Positions 27,624 to 36,698 of a DNA stretch of 64,000 nucleotides are shown piece after piece; within the stretch, counting starts at the first letter, position 1; the number at the start of each line of letters is the position of its first letter. The notes beneath the pieces are model-generated. The model had not been told where the DNA came from. It was given only the letters and a program-made list of their open reading frames with translations, and ran no database searches. The position numbers and the translations under genes were made by a program. The stretch comes from Parcubacteria group bacterium (GTDB lineage Bacteria; Patescibacteriota; Minisyncoccia; UBA6257; UBA11618): positions 15,389 to 79,388 of the forward strand of contig CALRGO010000003.1 in NCBI GenBank assembly GCA_943357895.1, read 5' to 3'.

Positions 27624-29212
27624 TCAGTGCGGATATGCGTGAACGCGTATTCTTTCGTACCGCCGACTTTTTTATTCGGATTAAAAATATTTTTAGGATC
27701 GAAGATATGCTTCGCTTTCGCAAATAAGGCGCAGATTTCTTTGCCGTACATCTGCTCTAAATAAGGCGTACGAATAATGCCGTCGTTATGCTCCGCCGTA
27801 ATCGAACCCTTATACCGCATGACAAGCGCATAGACGGCGTCCATAAGAACGGGAATAATCTGCCGCACGCGCGCGCTCGATAAATCCATAAGCGGTATGA
27901 TGTGGAAATTGCCGTCACCCGCATGGCCGGCAATCGTATACGTCATGTCGGCCATATATGGCGTGAAAAGGGCATTAAGTTCGGGTAAAAACGTTGGTAG
28001 GTATTCCGGTAAAACGATAATGTCGTCAACGAAGGGGGCCGTTTGTCGACCCCGTATTTTTGTGCGAAGTAAATTAAAACTCTCGCGCCGTATAGCCCAA
28101 TATTTTTCTGCGTCGCGGACAGTATTCGTAATACGCATAGTGCAACCGAAACGGCGTATGTCACGCATAGCCTGCCGCGCGCGCGCAAGCGTTTCTTCCT
28201 CCGAATCGCCAGTAAATTCGGCGAGCAATACGAGCTTGGGTAAGCCGCCATTACGCACCGCCATCCACATCTCGGGCAAAAACCGCAAACCGAACCGAAA
28301 AAGCATATAGCGCATTCCAAGCCACAACGTATTATTATCGTACGACTCGAAACTCTCGGGTTTAAAAGCGAGTATGCCATGCACAATATCCCCTAAACGC
28401 TTCGTGTCGTTTAAAAATATAATGAGCAGGCGCGAATACTTCTTCGGCCTAATAGTCCTAAACTCTATTTCGGTAATTATGCCGAGCGTCCCTTGCGAGC
28501 CGCTGAAAAGCCGCGTAAGGTCAAATATTTTTCCGTCATATACGTCCCACAACGCATAACCGGCGGAGTTTTTACTGACGCGCGGCTTTGCGGCTGCGAG
28601 TATGGCGGTATTGTCCGTAATAAGCTGATACATATCGCGATAGATACCACCCTCGAAATCTGCCTGCCGGAGCTTGGCACGTAATTGCATTGAATTAAGA
28701 GGCTGTAAAATATATTCCTTGCCGTCGGAAAGAACAACATTCAGACGCCGCACATAATCTGCGGTCTTTCCGTAGCGCAACGTTTTTTCCCCACCCGAAT
28801 TATTTGCCACCATACCGCCCACGGCGCACAAAGCTTTTGACGCGGTATAACTCGGCAATAAAAAATCCTGCGCTGCAATCGCCTTTTCGAAATCGCGGTA
28901 ATAAACGCCGGGCTCCGCAACCGCCATGCCGTACCGCACTTCGCGGATGGCGTTCATGTGCCGCGTGAAGTCTACGACGACAGACTCGGTTAAGGGACCG
29001 CCCGACATGTCCGTGCCCGCCGCGCGCGCGGTAAGAGAAATACCGAGATGCGCGTTAGCATTCGCAAACGCCACGAGCGCCGTAACGTCGCTTGCGTTGC
29101 GTGGAAACACAACCGCCTGCGGCATAACTTTAAACAAGCTTGCGTCGCGGCTGTATTTCGCGCGCGTCGCGCCGTCGCTCTCAACCTCCCCCTTAAAATT
29201 AGGAATAATCAT
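27620..29212 (-). CDS. FAD-linked oxidase (GlcD-like FAD-binding dehydrogenase)
   Basis: 530 aa with an FAD_binding_4-type N-terminal domain (GAGTDMSGG) and a C-terminal oxidase domain. Confidence 0.8.
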   Translation of the reverse strand: MIIPNFKGEVESDGATRAKYSRDASLFKVMPQAVVFPRNASDVTALVAFANANAHLGISLTARAAGTDMSGGPLTESVVVDFTRHMNAIREVRYGMAVAEPGVYYRDFEKAIAAQDFLLPSYTASKALCAVGGMVANNSGGEKTLRYGKTADYVRRLNVVLSDGKEYILQPLNSMQLRAKLRQADFEGGIYRDMYQLITDNTAILAAAKPRVSKNSAGYALWDVYDGKIFDLTRLFSGSQGTLGIITEIEFRTIRPKKYSRLLIIFLNDTKRLGDIVHGILAFKPESFESYDNNTLWLGMRYMLFRFGLRFLPEMWMAVRNGGLPKLVLLAEFTGDSEEETLARARQAMRDIRRFGCTMRITNTVRDAEKYWAIRRESFNLLRTKIRGRQTAPFVDDIIVLPEYLPTFLPELNALFTPYMADMTYTIAGHAGDGNFHIIPLMDLSSARVRQIIPVLMDAVYALVMRYKGSITAEHNDGIIRTPYLEQMYGKEICALFAKAKHIFDPKNIFNPNKKVGGTKEYAFTHIRTE

Positions 29213-29366
29213 TCCCCCTTAGTATACAGCACTGACTTATTACTTACATATAGGGTGATTAGCATGAACCGCCAGGTTTGAGAGCCGCCTCATATTCTAT
29301 TCTGCATTTTTTTATTTCTTTTCTTCTATTATATTCATCCATAGGAGATAAAATATACAGAATTAA

Positions 29367-30203
29367 TTAAATGATTCGGAATGTATATCCATCCTTTTTT
29401 ATAAGGCCATCACGCATGAGGCCGCCCAAAGCAGTTTTGATTTTATCTATAGGCTCAGACGCACGTTTTGCAAGTGCCGTTTCCGTAAACGAGCTGTTCG
29501 TGAGCAGCCTTACGATCTTCCCGCGCGTTTCGCGTACGGATCCTTCGAACTTTGATTGCTTTACATAGTGCGCTGAGGCGCGACTCGGGTTCTTATTAAC
29601 CTTCTTAAGCATCGTGCCGTAATCCATAAGCGCGTAGTACCACTCGCGCGCTTGCCCGCCGGAGCCTTGGCGAAGGCTGGGGAGTGGTAATGCCTTTTTG
29701 ACTAATGGGAGTATATCGCCATCCTTCACGCCTGACCTGCCGGCAAAAAAGTGATGTAAAAATACGGCACGGACGTTCGTTTCTATAAAAAATTCGGGGC
29801 TGTTCCAGGCAAAGACCGCGATAGACCGTGCAGTCGCAGGGCCGATACCGGCTAATTTTTCGAGCTCTTCCGGACTTTGCGGCAAGCGGCCGCGGTAGTC
29901 ACGCATTACTACTTCAGCCGCCTTCTTTAAATACAACGCGCGGCGGTTATAACCCATGCCCTGCCACGCACTAAGCAGTTCGTTAAGAGGTGCTTCCGCG
30001 AGCGCTTTGAAATTTGGAAATAGCTTTATAAATTGCGGGAATTTTTCCATAACGCGCGCAACCTGTGTTTGCTGGAGCATAACCTCCGAAACGAACACAT
30101 AGTATGGCGTTATTTTCTCCCGCCACGGCATAGCCCGCTTGTTTACGGCATAATAACCCCACACGGTTTTTTGAAACTCTTTTATTTCCACGCCTAGAAG
30201 CAT
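29367..30203 (-). CDS. MutY-like HhH-GPD adenine DNA glycosylase lacking the 4Fe-4S cysteine motif
   Basis: VSEVMLQQTQVARV... with HhH motif LAGIGPATARSIA. No Cys residues where the Cys4 cluster motif normally sits. Confidence 0.7.
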   Translation of the reverse strand: MLLGVEIKEFQKTVWGYYAVNKRAMPWREKITPYYVFVSEVMLQQTQVARVMEKFPQFIKLFPNFKALAEAPLNELLSAWQGMGYNRRALYLKKAAEVVMRDYRGRLPQSPEELEKLAGIGPATARSIAVFAWNSPEFFIETNVRAVFLHHFFAGRSGVKDGDILPLVKKALPLPSLRQGSGGQAREWYYALMDYGTMLKKVNKNPSRASAHYVKQSKFEGSVRETRGKIVRLLTNSSFTETALAKRASEPIDKIKTALGGLMRDGLIKKDGYTFRII

Positions 30204-30270
30204 AACAAAACCGCCACAAAGGGAAATCCTTATGGCGGTTTTGTCTATCCACTACTCACTACCCACTCCG

Positions 30271-30408
30271 TTAACCGAGGAACCACTCTACTATGTCGCT
30301 TAACGCCGCGAAGTGCATATCATCCTTCTTGCGGATATAGTGCACGATGCCGTACCCAAGATAGCCAACGAGAAATGGGGACGCGGCAACCAAAAGAACC
30401 TTTTTCAT
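30271..30408 (-). CDS. Candidate 45-aa single-TM peptide (MKKVLLVAASPFLVGYLGYGIVHYIRKKDDMHFAALSDIVEWFLG)
   Basis: Its ATG lies 3 nt after the stop of the upstream Cys-rich mini-ORF, and a terminator-like hairpin follows. Not in the ORF track (<60 aa). Confidence 0.2.
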   Translation of the reverse strand: MKKVLLVAASPFLVGYLGYGIVHYIRKKDDMHFAALSDIVEWFLG

Positions 30409-30411
30409 TCG

Positions 30412-30573
30412 CTACTTCTTAGCGCATTCGCAACCCACGCAGTTAGTGCCACAAGTCTTCCCACAGCACGCTTTACACCGCATGCAATCCGGACTGCCGC
30501 ACTTTCCGCATCCACACGTATCAGTACCCGCTACGCACGTTTCGCACTTATTTGCTTCTTGTATTTCATCCAT
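30412..30573 (-). CDS. Candidate 53-aa cysteine-rich metallothionein-like peptide (13 Cys)
   Basis: Reverse-complement translation gives MDEIQEANKCETCVAGTDTCGCGKCGSPDCMRCKACCGKTCGTNCVGCECAKK. It sits 42 nt downstream of truB with no obvious SD. Confidence 0.3.
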   Translation of the reverse strand: MDEIQEANKCETCVAGTDTCGCGKCGSPDCMRCKACCGKTCGTNCVGCECAKK

Positions 30574-30615
30574 TTGTAAAGCATACCACGTATGAAATTA
30601 AAAAACGCAATGATA

Positions 30616-31251
30616 TCATTGAATACACTGACTTTTCGTATATTCCCCGACGCGTGTACGCTCTAAGTCCACCATATAGGCGCCCGTACCGAGTGCCACG
30701 CCGATATCGCGGGCTAAGGAGCGGATATATACGCCCGCACCCGTTACTGCACGCACGCGGATAGCGGGATAGTCATACGACAATACTTCGATTTCCTTAA
30801 TGACAACCGGCCGCGCCTGCATCACCACATCCTTCCCTTCGCGCGCATACGCATACGCCGGTTTTCCTTTAATTTTTAGTGCGCTATATATCGGCGGAAC
30901 CTGCATTATTTCGCCCACGAACTTTTGCACAGCAGCATCCACCGCCTCACGCGAAGGAATATCCGCAACTTCATGCGGCGTTTTTTCGCCTTCTTCGTCG
31001 TCCGTAGAGCTCGTTGCACCTAAGCGTACCGTTGTTACGTATTCCTTTTCTTTTTGTACTTCTGCCGCAAGCCCGCGCGTGGCTGTGCGGCCAACGCCAA
31101 TAACTAAAACTCCTCGCGCTAAGGGGTCGAGCGTGCCCGCATGCCCTACAGTGCGGATACCAGACGCCCTGCGGACGCGGTTAATAACGTCATGCGACGA
31201 CATGCCCGCTGGCTTCCATACGGCTATGATCCCTTCTCGAATACAATCCAT
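30616..31251 (-). CDS. truB: tRNA pseudouridine(55) synthase TruB
   Basis: AVWKPAGMSSHDV and GHAGTLDP motifs. Start trimmed to Met 31251; the ORF-track extension overlaps a 36-nt palindrome. Confidence 0.8.
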   Translation of the reverse strand: MDCIREGIIAVWKPAGMSSHDVINRVRRASGIRTVGHAGTLDPLARGVLVIGVGRTATRGLAAEVQKEKEYVTTVRLGATSSTDDEEGEKTPHEVADIPSREAVDAAVQKFVGEIMQVPPIYSALKIKGKPAYAYAREGKDVVMQARPVVIKEIEVLSYDYPAIRVRAVTGAGVYIRSLARDIGVALGTGAYMVDLERTRVGEYTKSQCIQ

Positions 31252-31263
31252 TATTTTTTGAAT

Positions 31264-31299
31264 ATGTACTATTTTATGCGGTCGCATAGAATAGTACAT
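31264..31299. repeat. 36-nt near-perfect palindrome (family member P4; core TATGCGGTCGCATA)
   Basis: atgtactatt-ttatgcggtcgcatag-aatagtacat, with one mismatch. It lies 16 nt after the hpf stop. Confidence 0.75.
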
Positions 31300-31314
31300 A
31301 ATATCCAGAAACGC

Positions 31315-31674
31315 TTATTCCCCTTTAATTAATTTCTTTATCGCCCTCCCACCGGTCTTTACGCTATCTACGCTCTTTTCCTTAAGACGTTCTAATTCCG
31401 TACGCATATCTTCCTGCGCCTTATCCATAGCCTCAAGCACCGTTTTGCCCGTTGCCTCGGCACGCAAATCCCCACCCTTTACATGCACCATGATTTCCAC
31501 GCGGAACACGTCGCCCGTGCGGTGATGGCGCGTCGTGCGCCCCGCCTCTACCTGTGCAGTAACCGCACCTTCAAAATGGGCAGCAATCTTATCCAAGGCC
31601 GCCATCTTTTTACCGATATACTCCTGTACGGAAACCGACAATTCTATATCCGTTGCTTTCGTGGTGTATTTCAT
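31315..31674 (-). CDS. hpf: Ribosome hibernation promoting factor / RaiA
   Basis: 119 aa with an S30AE/HPF-like sequence (ELSVSVQEYIGKKMAALDK...). Confidence 0.8.
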   Translation of the reverse strand: MKYTTKATDIELSVSVQEYIGKKMAALDKIAAHFEGAVTAQVEAGRTTRHHRTGDVFRVEIMVHVKGGDLRAEATGKTVLEAMDKAQEDMRTELERLKEKSVDSVKTGGRAIKKLIKGE

Positions 31675-31702
31675 ATCTGTTACTACGATAAACCCGTTTT
31701 TC

Positions 31703-32332
31703 TTATTTCGAAAGTGCTACGGTCAAGGGGCAATCCGCATGGGCATGCGGCCGCGCCACGCAGTACGCGCGGCCGTAATCTATTAGCCGGTACGTGAATG
31801 AGAACCATTCTTTCTTGGGGATAGCAGCCATTAAGTCACGCTCAATTTTTATCGGATCTTTATATTTCGTAAGCCCGAGCTTTTGCGCCAAACGCATTAC
31901 GTGCGTATCGACTGCAATACCCTCCACTACGCCATAAGCGTTACCAAGGACGACGTTCGCCGTTTTCCGCGCCACCCCCGGAAGCGTAAGAATCTCTTTC
32001 ATGGTGCGCGGAATCTCGCCATGAAACTTTTCCTTGATAATCTTTGCCGCCGCCAAAATATTCTTCGTCTTATTCCTAAAAAATCCTGTTGAATGAATAT
32101 CCTTTTCGAACTCGGCGGGACTCGCCGCGCAATAATCTTCGAGCTTCGGATATTTTTTAAAAAGCACAGGGGTCACGATATTTACCCGCTTGTCGGTGCA
32201 TTGGGCGGATAGCTGTACGGCAACCATCAACTCCCAATTATTCGAATACGTCAAAGCAATTTCTGGCTTAGGAAACAGCCTTTTTAACTCCCGCAAAATA
32301 ATTTTTACACGCAAATCAAAACCGCTTTCCAT
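31703..32332 (-). CDS. nth: Endonuclease III (Nth), HhH-GPD; C-terminal Cys4 Fe-S motif incomplete (2 Cys)
   Basis: LPGVARKTANVVL HhH-GPD motif. 209 aa ending AYCVARPHAHADCP. Confidence 0.8.
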   Translation of the reverse strand: MESGFDLRVKIILRELKRLFPKPEIALTYSNNWELMVAVQLSAQCTDKRVNIVTPVLFKKYPKLEDYCAASPAEFEKDIHSTGFFRNKTKNILAAAKIIKEKFHGEIPRTMKEILTLPGVARKTANVVLGNAYGVVEGIAVDTHVMRLAQKLGLTKYKDPIKIERDLMAAIPKKEWFSFTYRLIDYGRAYCVARPHAHADCPLTVALSK

Positions 32333-32366
32333 ATCCCGAAAGGATAGCGGAAAGCGGCTTTGAAAA

Positions 32367-32753
32367 CTAATTACCTTTCTTTAACGCATAAATCGTTGCC
32401 GTTCCTGGCCCCGTAAACGCAATACCAAGTGCGACAAGGAGAAGTATGAGCGGGAATTCGTAGCCGCCTGTGAACCCGTTACCCCACGTGAAGTAAACGG
32501 CGCCCGCCATGATAATGGCGATACCAAACCCTGCCCACTTGATCCAAAGACCGAGAATCATCGCGATGCCAAAGGCGAATTCGCCGAGCGAAACGAGGTA
32601 TGCAACAAATGCCGGAAGTCCCACCGTTACGAAGAAATCGATTGTTTCCTGCAAGTGCGAAAGCTTTTCCCAGCCGTGCGCGATGAAAACGAGACCGAGC
32701 CCTAAACGAATAAGGAACATACCGGTGTTCGTGCAGATTATCTTGTCACGCAT
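32367..32753 (-). CDS. DoxX family membrane protein
   Basis: 128 aa with four TM helices, DoxX-like. Confidence 0.65.
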   Translation of the reverse strand: MRDKIICTNTGMFLIRLGLGLVFIAHGWEKLSHLQETIDFFVTVGLPAFVAYLVSLGEFAFGIAMILGLWIKWAGFGIAIIMAGAVYFTWGNGFTGGYEFPLILLLVALGIAFTGPGTATIYALKKGN

Positions 32754-32852
32754 ATATTTTTACAATTGAAAAAATCAAAATTAACAGCGACCCTTTTGTT
32801 ATTTTACTACCTATGCTCGCATGAGGCGAACCGTATTCGCTATTGCAACGCT

Positions 32853-32930
32853 GATTTAAAAGGTATCCCGAGTAGGACGAGGTTTAAACTTTTCAATACA
32901 TGTGAGGGGGAAGCGAAGCGACGATGACGA
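32853..32930 (+). repeat. Conserved intergenic element, copy 2 (paralog of 15373-15449)
   Basis: Same orientation. Followed by a plus-strand terminator-like hairpin ccccgcg-ttaaaat-gcggggagg-TTTTT at ~32975-33001. Confidence 0.5.
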
Positions 32931-33001
32931 ACTATTGTCTTGCCAGCACATCTCTGGAGCAAAAACCCCCTAATTCCCCGCGTTAAAATGCGGGGAGGTT
33001 T

Positions 33002-33457
33002 TTACGGTATCAGGGGAACTGACTCCATTGGAACAGGCGGATACAAGTCCTCATCCACCGCGCGCCTAAAGCAGAAAGAGCCCGCGGGATGATCCCAATT
33101 ATCCTGCTTATATACGGGGTCGCCCGCGCCACGATTTTCCATGCTGAAATCCGCACACAGGGAAAATACTGGCCCGTCGGAAGGAGCCTCTATCGCGTAA
33201 CCGTATTCCACACCCGTCGCGGGATCCGTCGGCACCCTAAAACCCCGCACGTCGTCACGTAACGCTTCGAGCCCAGATGGCAACTCGTATTTCTTTTGCC
33301 AATAATTGATTACCTCCCACTGAATTGTCTGCAAATCACTAACGCGCCGCTCGTCGAACCGGCGCACGCGCTCGGTGGTGGGCGAACCAACAACGAAAAA
33401 GCCAGCGACGACCGAAACCACCACTACCCCTATTACGATACTCGGAAGAATTTTCAT
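33002..33457 (-). CDS. Membrane-anchored hypothetical protein
   Basis: N-terminal TM helix. No motif recognised. Confidence 0.5.
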   Translation of the reverse strand: MKILPSIVIGVVVVSVVAGFFVVGSPTTERVRRFDERRVSDLQTIQWEVINYWQKKYELPSGLEALRDDVRGFRVPTDPATGVEYGYAIEAPSDGPVFSLCADFSMENRGAGDPVYKQDNWDHPAGSFCFRRAVDEDLYPPVPMESVPLIP

Positions 33458-33470
33458 ATGCGTAGTAACG

Positions 33471-33974
33471 TTACGCCACACCCCCGATACGGGGAGCTCC
33501 GCCCGCGCGTGGCGAGTAATGCCCGAAAACTGCCCCCGACACGAGGAATACCGTGACGGCTTTAAGCGCGAAGCGCGTGGTAAGGTCGCCGTTCAAAAGC
33601 GAATACACGAGCGACACCACGTCGCCGGCAATAATTACGGCCGCGAGGAAGAGCGTAAAGTATATAAGCCACTTGCGCGTTTTTATTTCGCGCATGGCGG
33701 GATTAGCCACGTATCCCCGCTCCAAAAGCAATGAACTGTAAATATAAGCGGGGAAAACCACCACAAGCGACGCAATCGCAAAGCGAATAGAACCGTATGC
33801 CGCCTGCGCTTCGTACGTATTGAGCGCGTCCGGCAAATAAATATTTATATAATCGAATATCAGCGAAACAAAAGCGCCGGCGGAAATATAGAGAGCGACT
33901 ATCGAAAATAGGTGCAAAAATACGTCTTTGGGCGAAGCTTGGTTTGTTTGTTCCATATGCATAAACCGTATCAC
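33471..33974 (-). CDS. Integral membrane hypothetical protein (4 TM)
   Basis: Hydrophobic helices. No motif recognised. Confidence 0.5.
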   Translation of the reverse strand: MIRFMHMEQTNQASPKDVFLHLFSIVALYISAGAFVSLIFDYINIYLPDALNTYEAQAAYGSIRFAIASLVVVFPAYIYSSLLLERGYVANPAMREIKTRKWLIYFTLFLAAVIIAGDVVSLVYSLLNGDLTTRFALKAVTVFLVSGAVFGHYSPRAGGAPRIGGVA

Positions 33975-34061
33975 GGTTGAAAACCATCAAGCAATATGAC
34001 ACTCTAAAAAAAGCCCTTCGGCACTATCGCACATCACCCCTCTTTTTTTGGAGCAATAGCC

Positions 34062-34748
34062 ATGAGCAGTGGACGCCTTATCACCATCGAAGGCATCGAC
34101 GGTGCCGGAAAAGGAACTCAAGTAGCATTACTTGTCACCCGCCTCGAATTAGAAGGGCATGCCATCGCCCTATTCGATTTTCCCCAATACAAAAAACCCC
34201 CGGCATGGTATGTTGAGCAATATCTAAATGGGAAATACGGTTCACTCGAAACCATTGGACCACATCTCGGATCGTTCTTCTTTATGCTCGATCGCCATGC
34301 GGCGGCAGTGAATATTCGCGATGCTCTCCATTGCGGGAAAATGGTGGTATGTAATCGATATGTGGGCTCTAATTTAGCGCATCAAGGCGGAAAAATCGCC
34401 GACAGCGGCAAACGCCACGCGTTCTTTAAATGGAATGACATAGTGGAATACCAAACGCATGGTATTCCCGTGCCCGACATCAATCCCGTGCTCTTTATCC
34501 CACCCGAAGCGAGCCGTACACTCGTCCTTCAAAAAGCCCGGCGAGCGCACCTCGAAGGGAAGGATCTTGACTTGCACGAAGCCGACATCAACCATCTGCG
34601 ACAGACATACACAGTCTATCGCGAACTCGTGGATATGTTTCCCGATAAATACGTTCCGGTGGAATGTTTCGAAGATGGACGGCATTTATCACCCCAAGAA
34701 ATCCACGAAAAGATTTGGGCAATCGTCGCCCCTGTCGTCGGGTATTGA
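34062..34748 (+). CDS. tmk: Thymidylate kinase
   Basis: IEGIDGAGKGTQ P-loop, a Tmk-like LID region, and GGAG SD. Confidence 0.85.
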   Translation: MSSGRLITIEGIDGAGKGTQVALLVTRLELEGHAIALFDFPQYKKPPAWYVEQYLNGKYGSLETIGPHLGSFFFMLDRHAAAVNIRDALHCGKMVVCNRYVGSNLAHQGGKIADSGKRHAFFKWNDIVEYQTHGIPVPDINPVLFIPPEASRTLVLQKARRAHLEGKDLDLHEADINHLRQTYTVYRELVDMFPDKYVPVECFEDGRHLSPQEIHEKIWAIVAPVVGY

Positions 34749-34899
34749 CGCCCTATCCGCAAAAAAAACCCTGAACGCTACACGAGCGCGTTCGGGGCTT
34801 TCTCTTGCCAAAAAATACCTTTCGCCGTATGCTGACCTCGGTTTTGTTGACAACTTTACGGCACTTTTGCCATCCGTCCCAACCCGAGGAGATAGACCA

Positions 34900-36618
34900 A
34901 TGTTTCAGCTTCCCGAAGATCGCAAGCAGGATCTGCTTGCCCACGCCGACGAATATATCGGCGCGAAAGTCAACTACAGCTTCACTCCTAAAGAAATGTA
35001 CGTATTGGAGCAATTTTTTACTAATTGCGACCAAAAGATTTTCTTCGTCCACGGACTGCCAGCAAATGTACTCGCCACGTTTGCCGCGATGTATTCGCGC
35101 ATGGCGAACCCCCGCGGCATCCGCGGGGTATTTGTTGACACCTACCTCATCTCGCTCATCGCTGGCACGTTACCGGAAGTCGAAACGGAGTATGGCGGCA
35201 AGATCGCTGATTTTCTTAAGGCGAGCGATATCACGTCGCTCGACGGCTTTTACGCCCACAGCGAAGCTACGCGCGCTTGTTACGAAAATTTTACGAGAAG
35301 CATCGTGATGGATCCCGACTACATCCAATCCATCACGAACACGAAGCGGACGAAAGGATTCTTAAGCACGTGGCTTGACGCCTACGGGCACAATTCCATC
35401 GCTCGCGTGGCATCCGTCACGATCTGCTTCGAAGGCATCTCTATCCTCGCGGCAAAGTCGCTTGAATGGTCACGCCCCGGAGCCGGATTCATAGAACGGT
35501 CCACGCGGTATGTCAACATGACAGATCCGCAATGGTACCCAATTGAAAACGAAATCAGAATTTTGGGAGATAGTCTGTTTTTTGCAGAAAGAACGATTAA
35601 ACGGGCCTTTGAGTTATACGCGGAGCTTCTTGGTGCTGATGTGGACGGTGCGTTTCCGCGCTATTTGTTCGACAAGTACGGCAATGATTACTCTAGCAAC
35701 GAAGCCGCGCTCAAGCTCGGCGTCATGGGAGAATCATTCGACGTGCTCGGTAACTTTCTACCAGCCGCCACGCTCACTTCGGTGTGCGCGACGGTCAGCG
35801 GCGAAGCCCTGCCAAGCGTCTTGCGGCACTTACTGCTCGACGGCACGCCCGAAAACAACGCTATCGTGCAAATGATCCTGAAAGAAGCTGCAAAAATCGG
35901 CGCGAACCAATTCTGTCGGCATTACGAGCCGACAATATCGGAACATGCCGGCTGGAGCTACCTTTCGACGGCGGCGTTCAAAAACTGCCGTCTGCCAATT
36001 TATTTAGAAGGAGATTACCCGACGCGGAACTTACTCGATATGTTCTGTATGAAAGAAGGATTCGCAAACGTTGCGAGCATGGAGGAAGTGCATACGCTCC
36101 TCTACGGTGCGGGGCGTGCGGACCACGACAAGCTACCAAACGAATTCGAGGCAGTCGGCGTCCGCTTGAAAGGCATGATGTCGTTCCGTGGATGGCGCGA
36201 TTTACACCGGCAAGGGTTTTCGACCCACCGGCGCACGCTACTCACGCCTGAACTCGGCTTTTATGTTTACGACAAGCCGCACCCCGTAGAATTAGATATC
36301 GGCTTCGCCGTTATCGAAGAATTCGCGCGAGAAGAATGGCAACGCCTGCTGAATACGCCCGTATTCATGCGGCAGTACATGCTACCGATCGGCTTCAACG
36401 TAGGTTTCACCTTTGGGTGCAACGCGCGCCAAGCCGAATTCTGTAATTGGCAAAGGACGGACTACAGCGTAAACCACGAAGTGCGTCAAGTGTTCCTCGC
36501 TATGGAAAATGCTCTTCGCGGGCGCTACAAATGGTGGGCGCAATTCTCACGGGCGGATATGACGCCAAAATACGTCTTCGCCCGCGGCAAACCGAAACGT
36601 GAGCTGATTGCCGAATAA
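34900..36618 (+). CDS. Large (572 aa) protein with two divergent Thy1/ThyX-like segments; putative flavin-dependent thymidylate synthase-like enzyme
   Basis: GAGGAG SD 9 nt before ATG 34900. The track ORF starting at 34459 overlaps tmk and is rejected. Segment 1 reads CFEGISILAAKSLEWSRPGAGFIERSTRYV...DPQWYPIENEIR, resembling the ThyX motifs FEIEGVS...LVRHRHFSFSQQSQRYV...HAQWEIR. Segment 2 has LHRQGFS...NARQAEF...HEVRQ. It sits between tmk and dcd. Confidence 0.45.
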   Translation: MFQLPEDRKQDLLAHADEYIGAKVNYSFTPKEMYVLEQFFTNCDQKIFFVHGLPANVLATFAAMYSRMANPRGIRGVFVDTYLISLIAGTLPEVETEYGGKIADFLKASDITSLDGFYAHSEATRACYENFTRSIVMDPDYIQSITNTKRTKGFLSTWLDAYGHNSIARVASVTICFEGISILAAKSLEWSRPGAGFIERSTRYVNMTDPQWYPIENEIRILGDSLFFAERTIKRAFELYAELLGADVDGAFPRYLFDKYGNDYSSNEAALKLGVMGESFDVLGNFLPAATLTSVCATVSGEALPSVLRHLLLDGTPENNAIVQMILKEAAKIGANQFCRHYEPTISEHAGWSYLSTAAFKNCRLPIYLEGDYPTRNLLDMFCMKEGFANVASMEEVHTLLYGAGRADHDKLPNEFEAVGVRLKGMMSFRGWRDLHRQGFSTHRRTLLTPELGFYVYDKPHPVELDIGFAVIEEFAREEWQRLLNTPVFMRQYMLPIGFNVGFTFGCNARQAEFCNWQRTDYSVNHEVRQVFLAMENALRGRYKWWAQFSRADMTPKYVFARGKPKRELIAE

Positions 36619-36649
36619 GCAAGTATTGCCGAAGCAGAAAACCAACCGA

Positions 36650-36687
36650 CCCCGACCGCGCGCTTGACGTGCGGTCGGGGTTTTCTT
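36650..36687 (+). terminator. Intrinsic terminator after the ThyX-like gene
   Basis: A 10-bp stem ccccgaccgc/gcggtcgggg followed by TTTTCTT. A TTGACG...TATGCT promoter-like pair is embedded in it. Confidence 0.7.
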
Positions 36688-36698
36688 ATGCTCGCACT

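Noticed and set aside
30313-30579. 88-aa plus-strand track ORF opposite the Cys-rich mini-ORFs
   Set aside because: Low-complexity A/S/T-rich translation. The minus-strand frames give a striking 13-Cys peptide and a clean TM peptide, which I consider more plausible.
34459-34899. Upstream 147-codon extension of the 719-aa track ORF
   Set aside because: It overlaps the tmk coding frame. The first Met with an SD (GAGGAG) is at 34900, immediately after the tmk stop region, so I trimmed the start.
36669-36698. GTG start for dcd at 36669 as in the ORF track
   Set aside because: The GTG lies inside the stem of the preceding terminator hairpin. The ATG at 36699 gives the canonical Dcd N-terminus MLLS...I...G.I.
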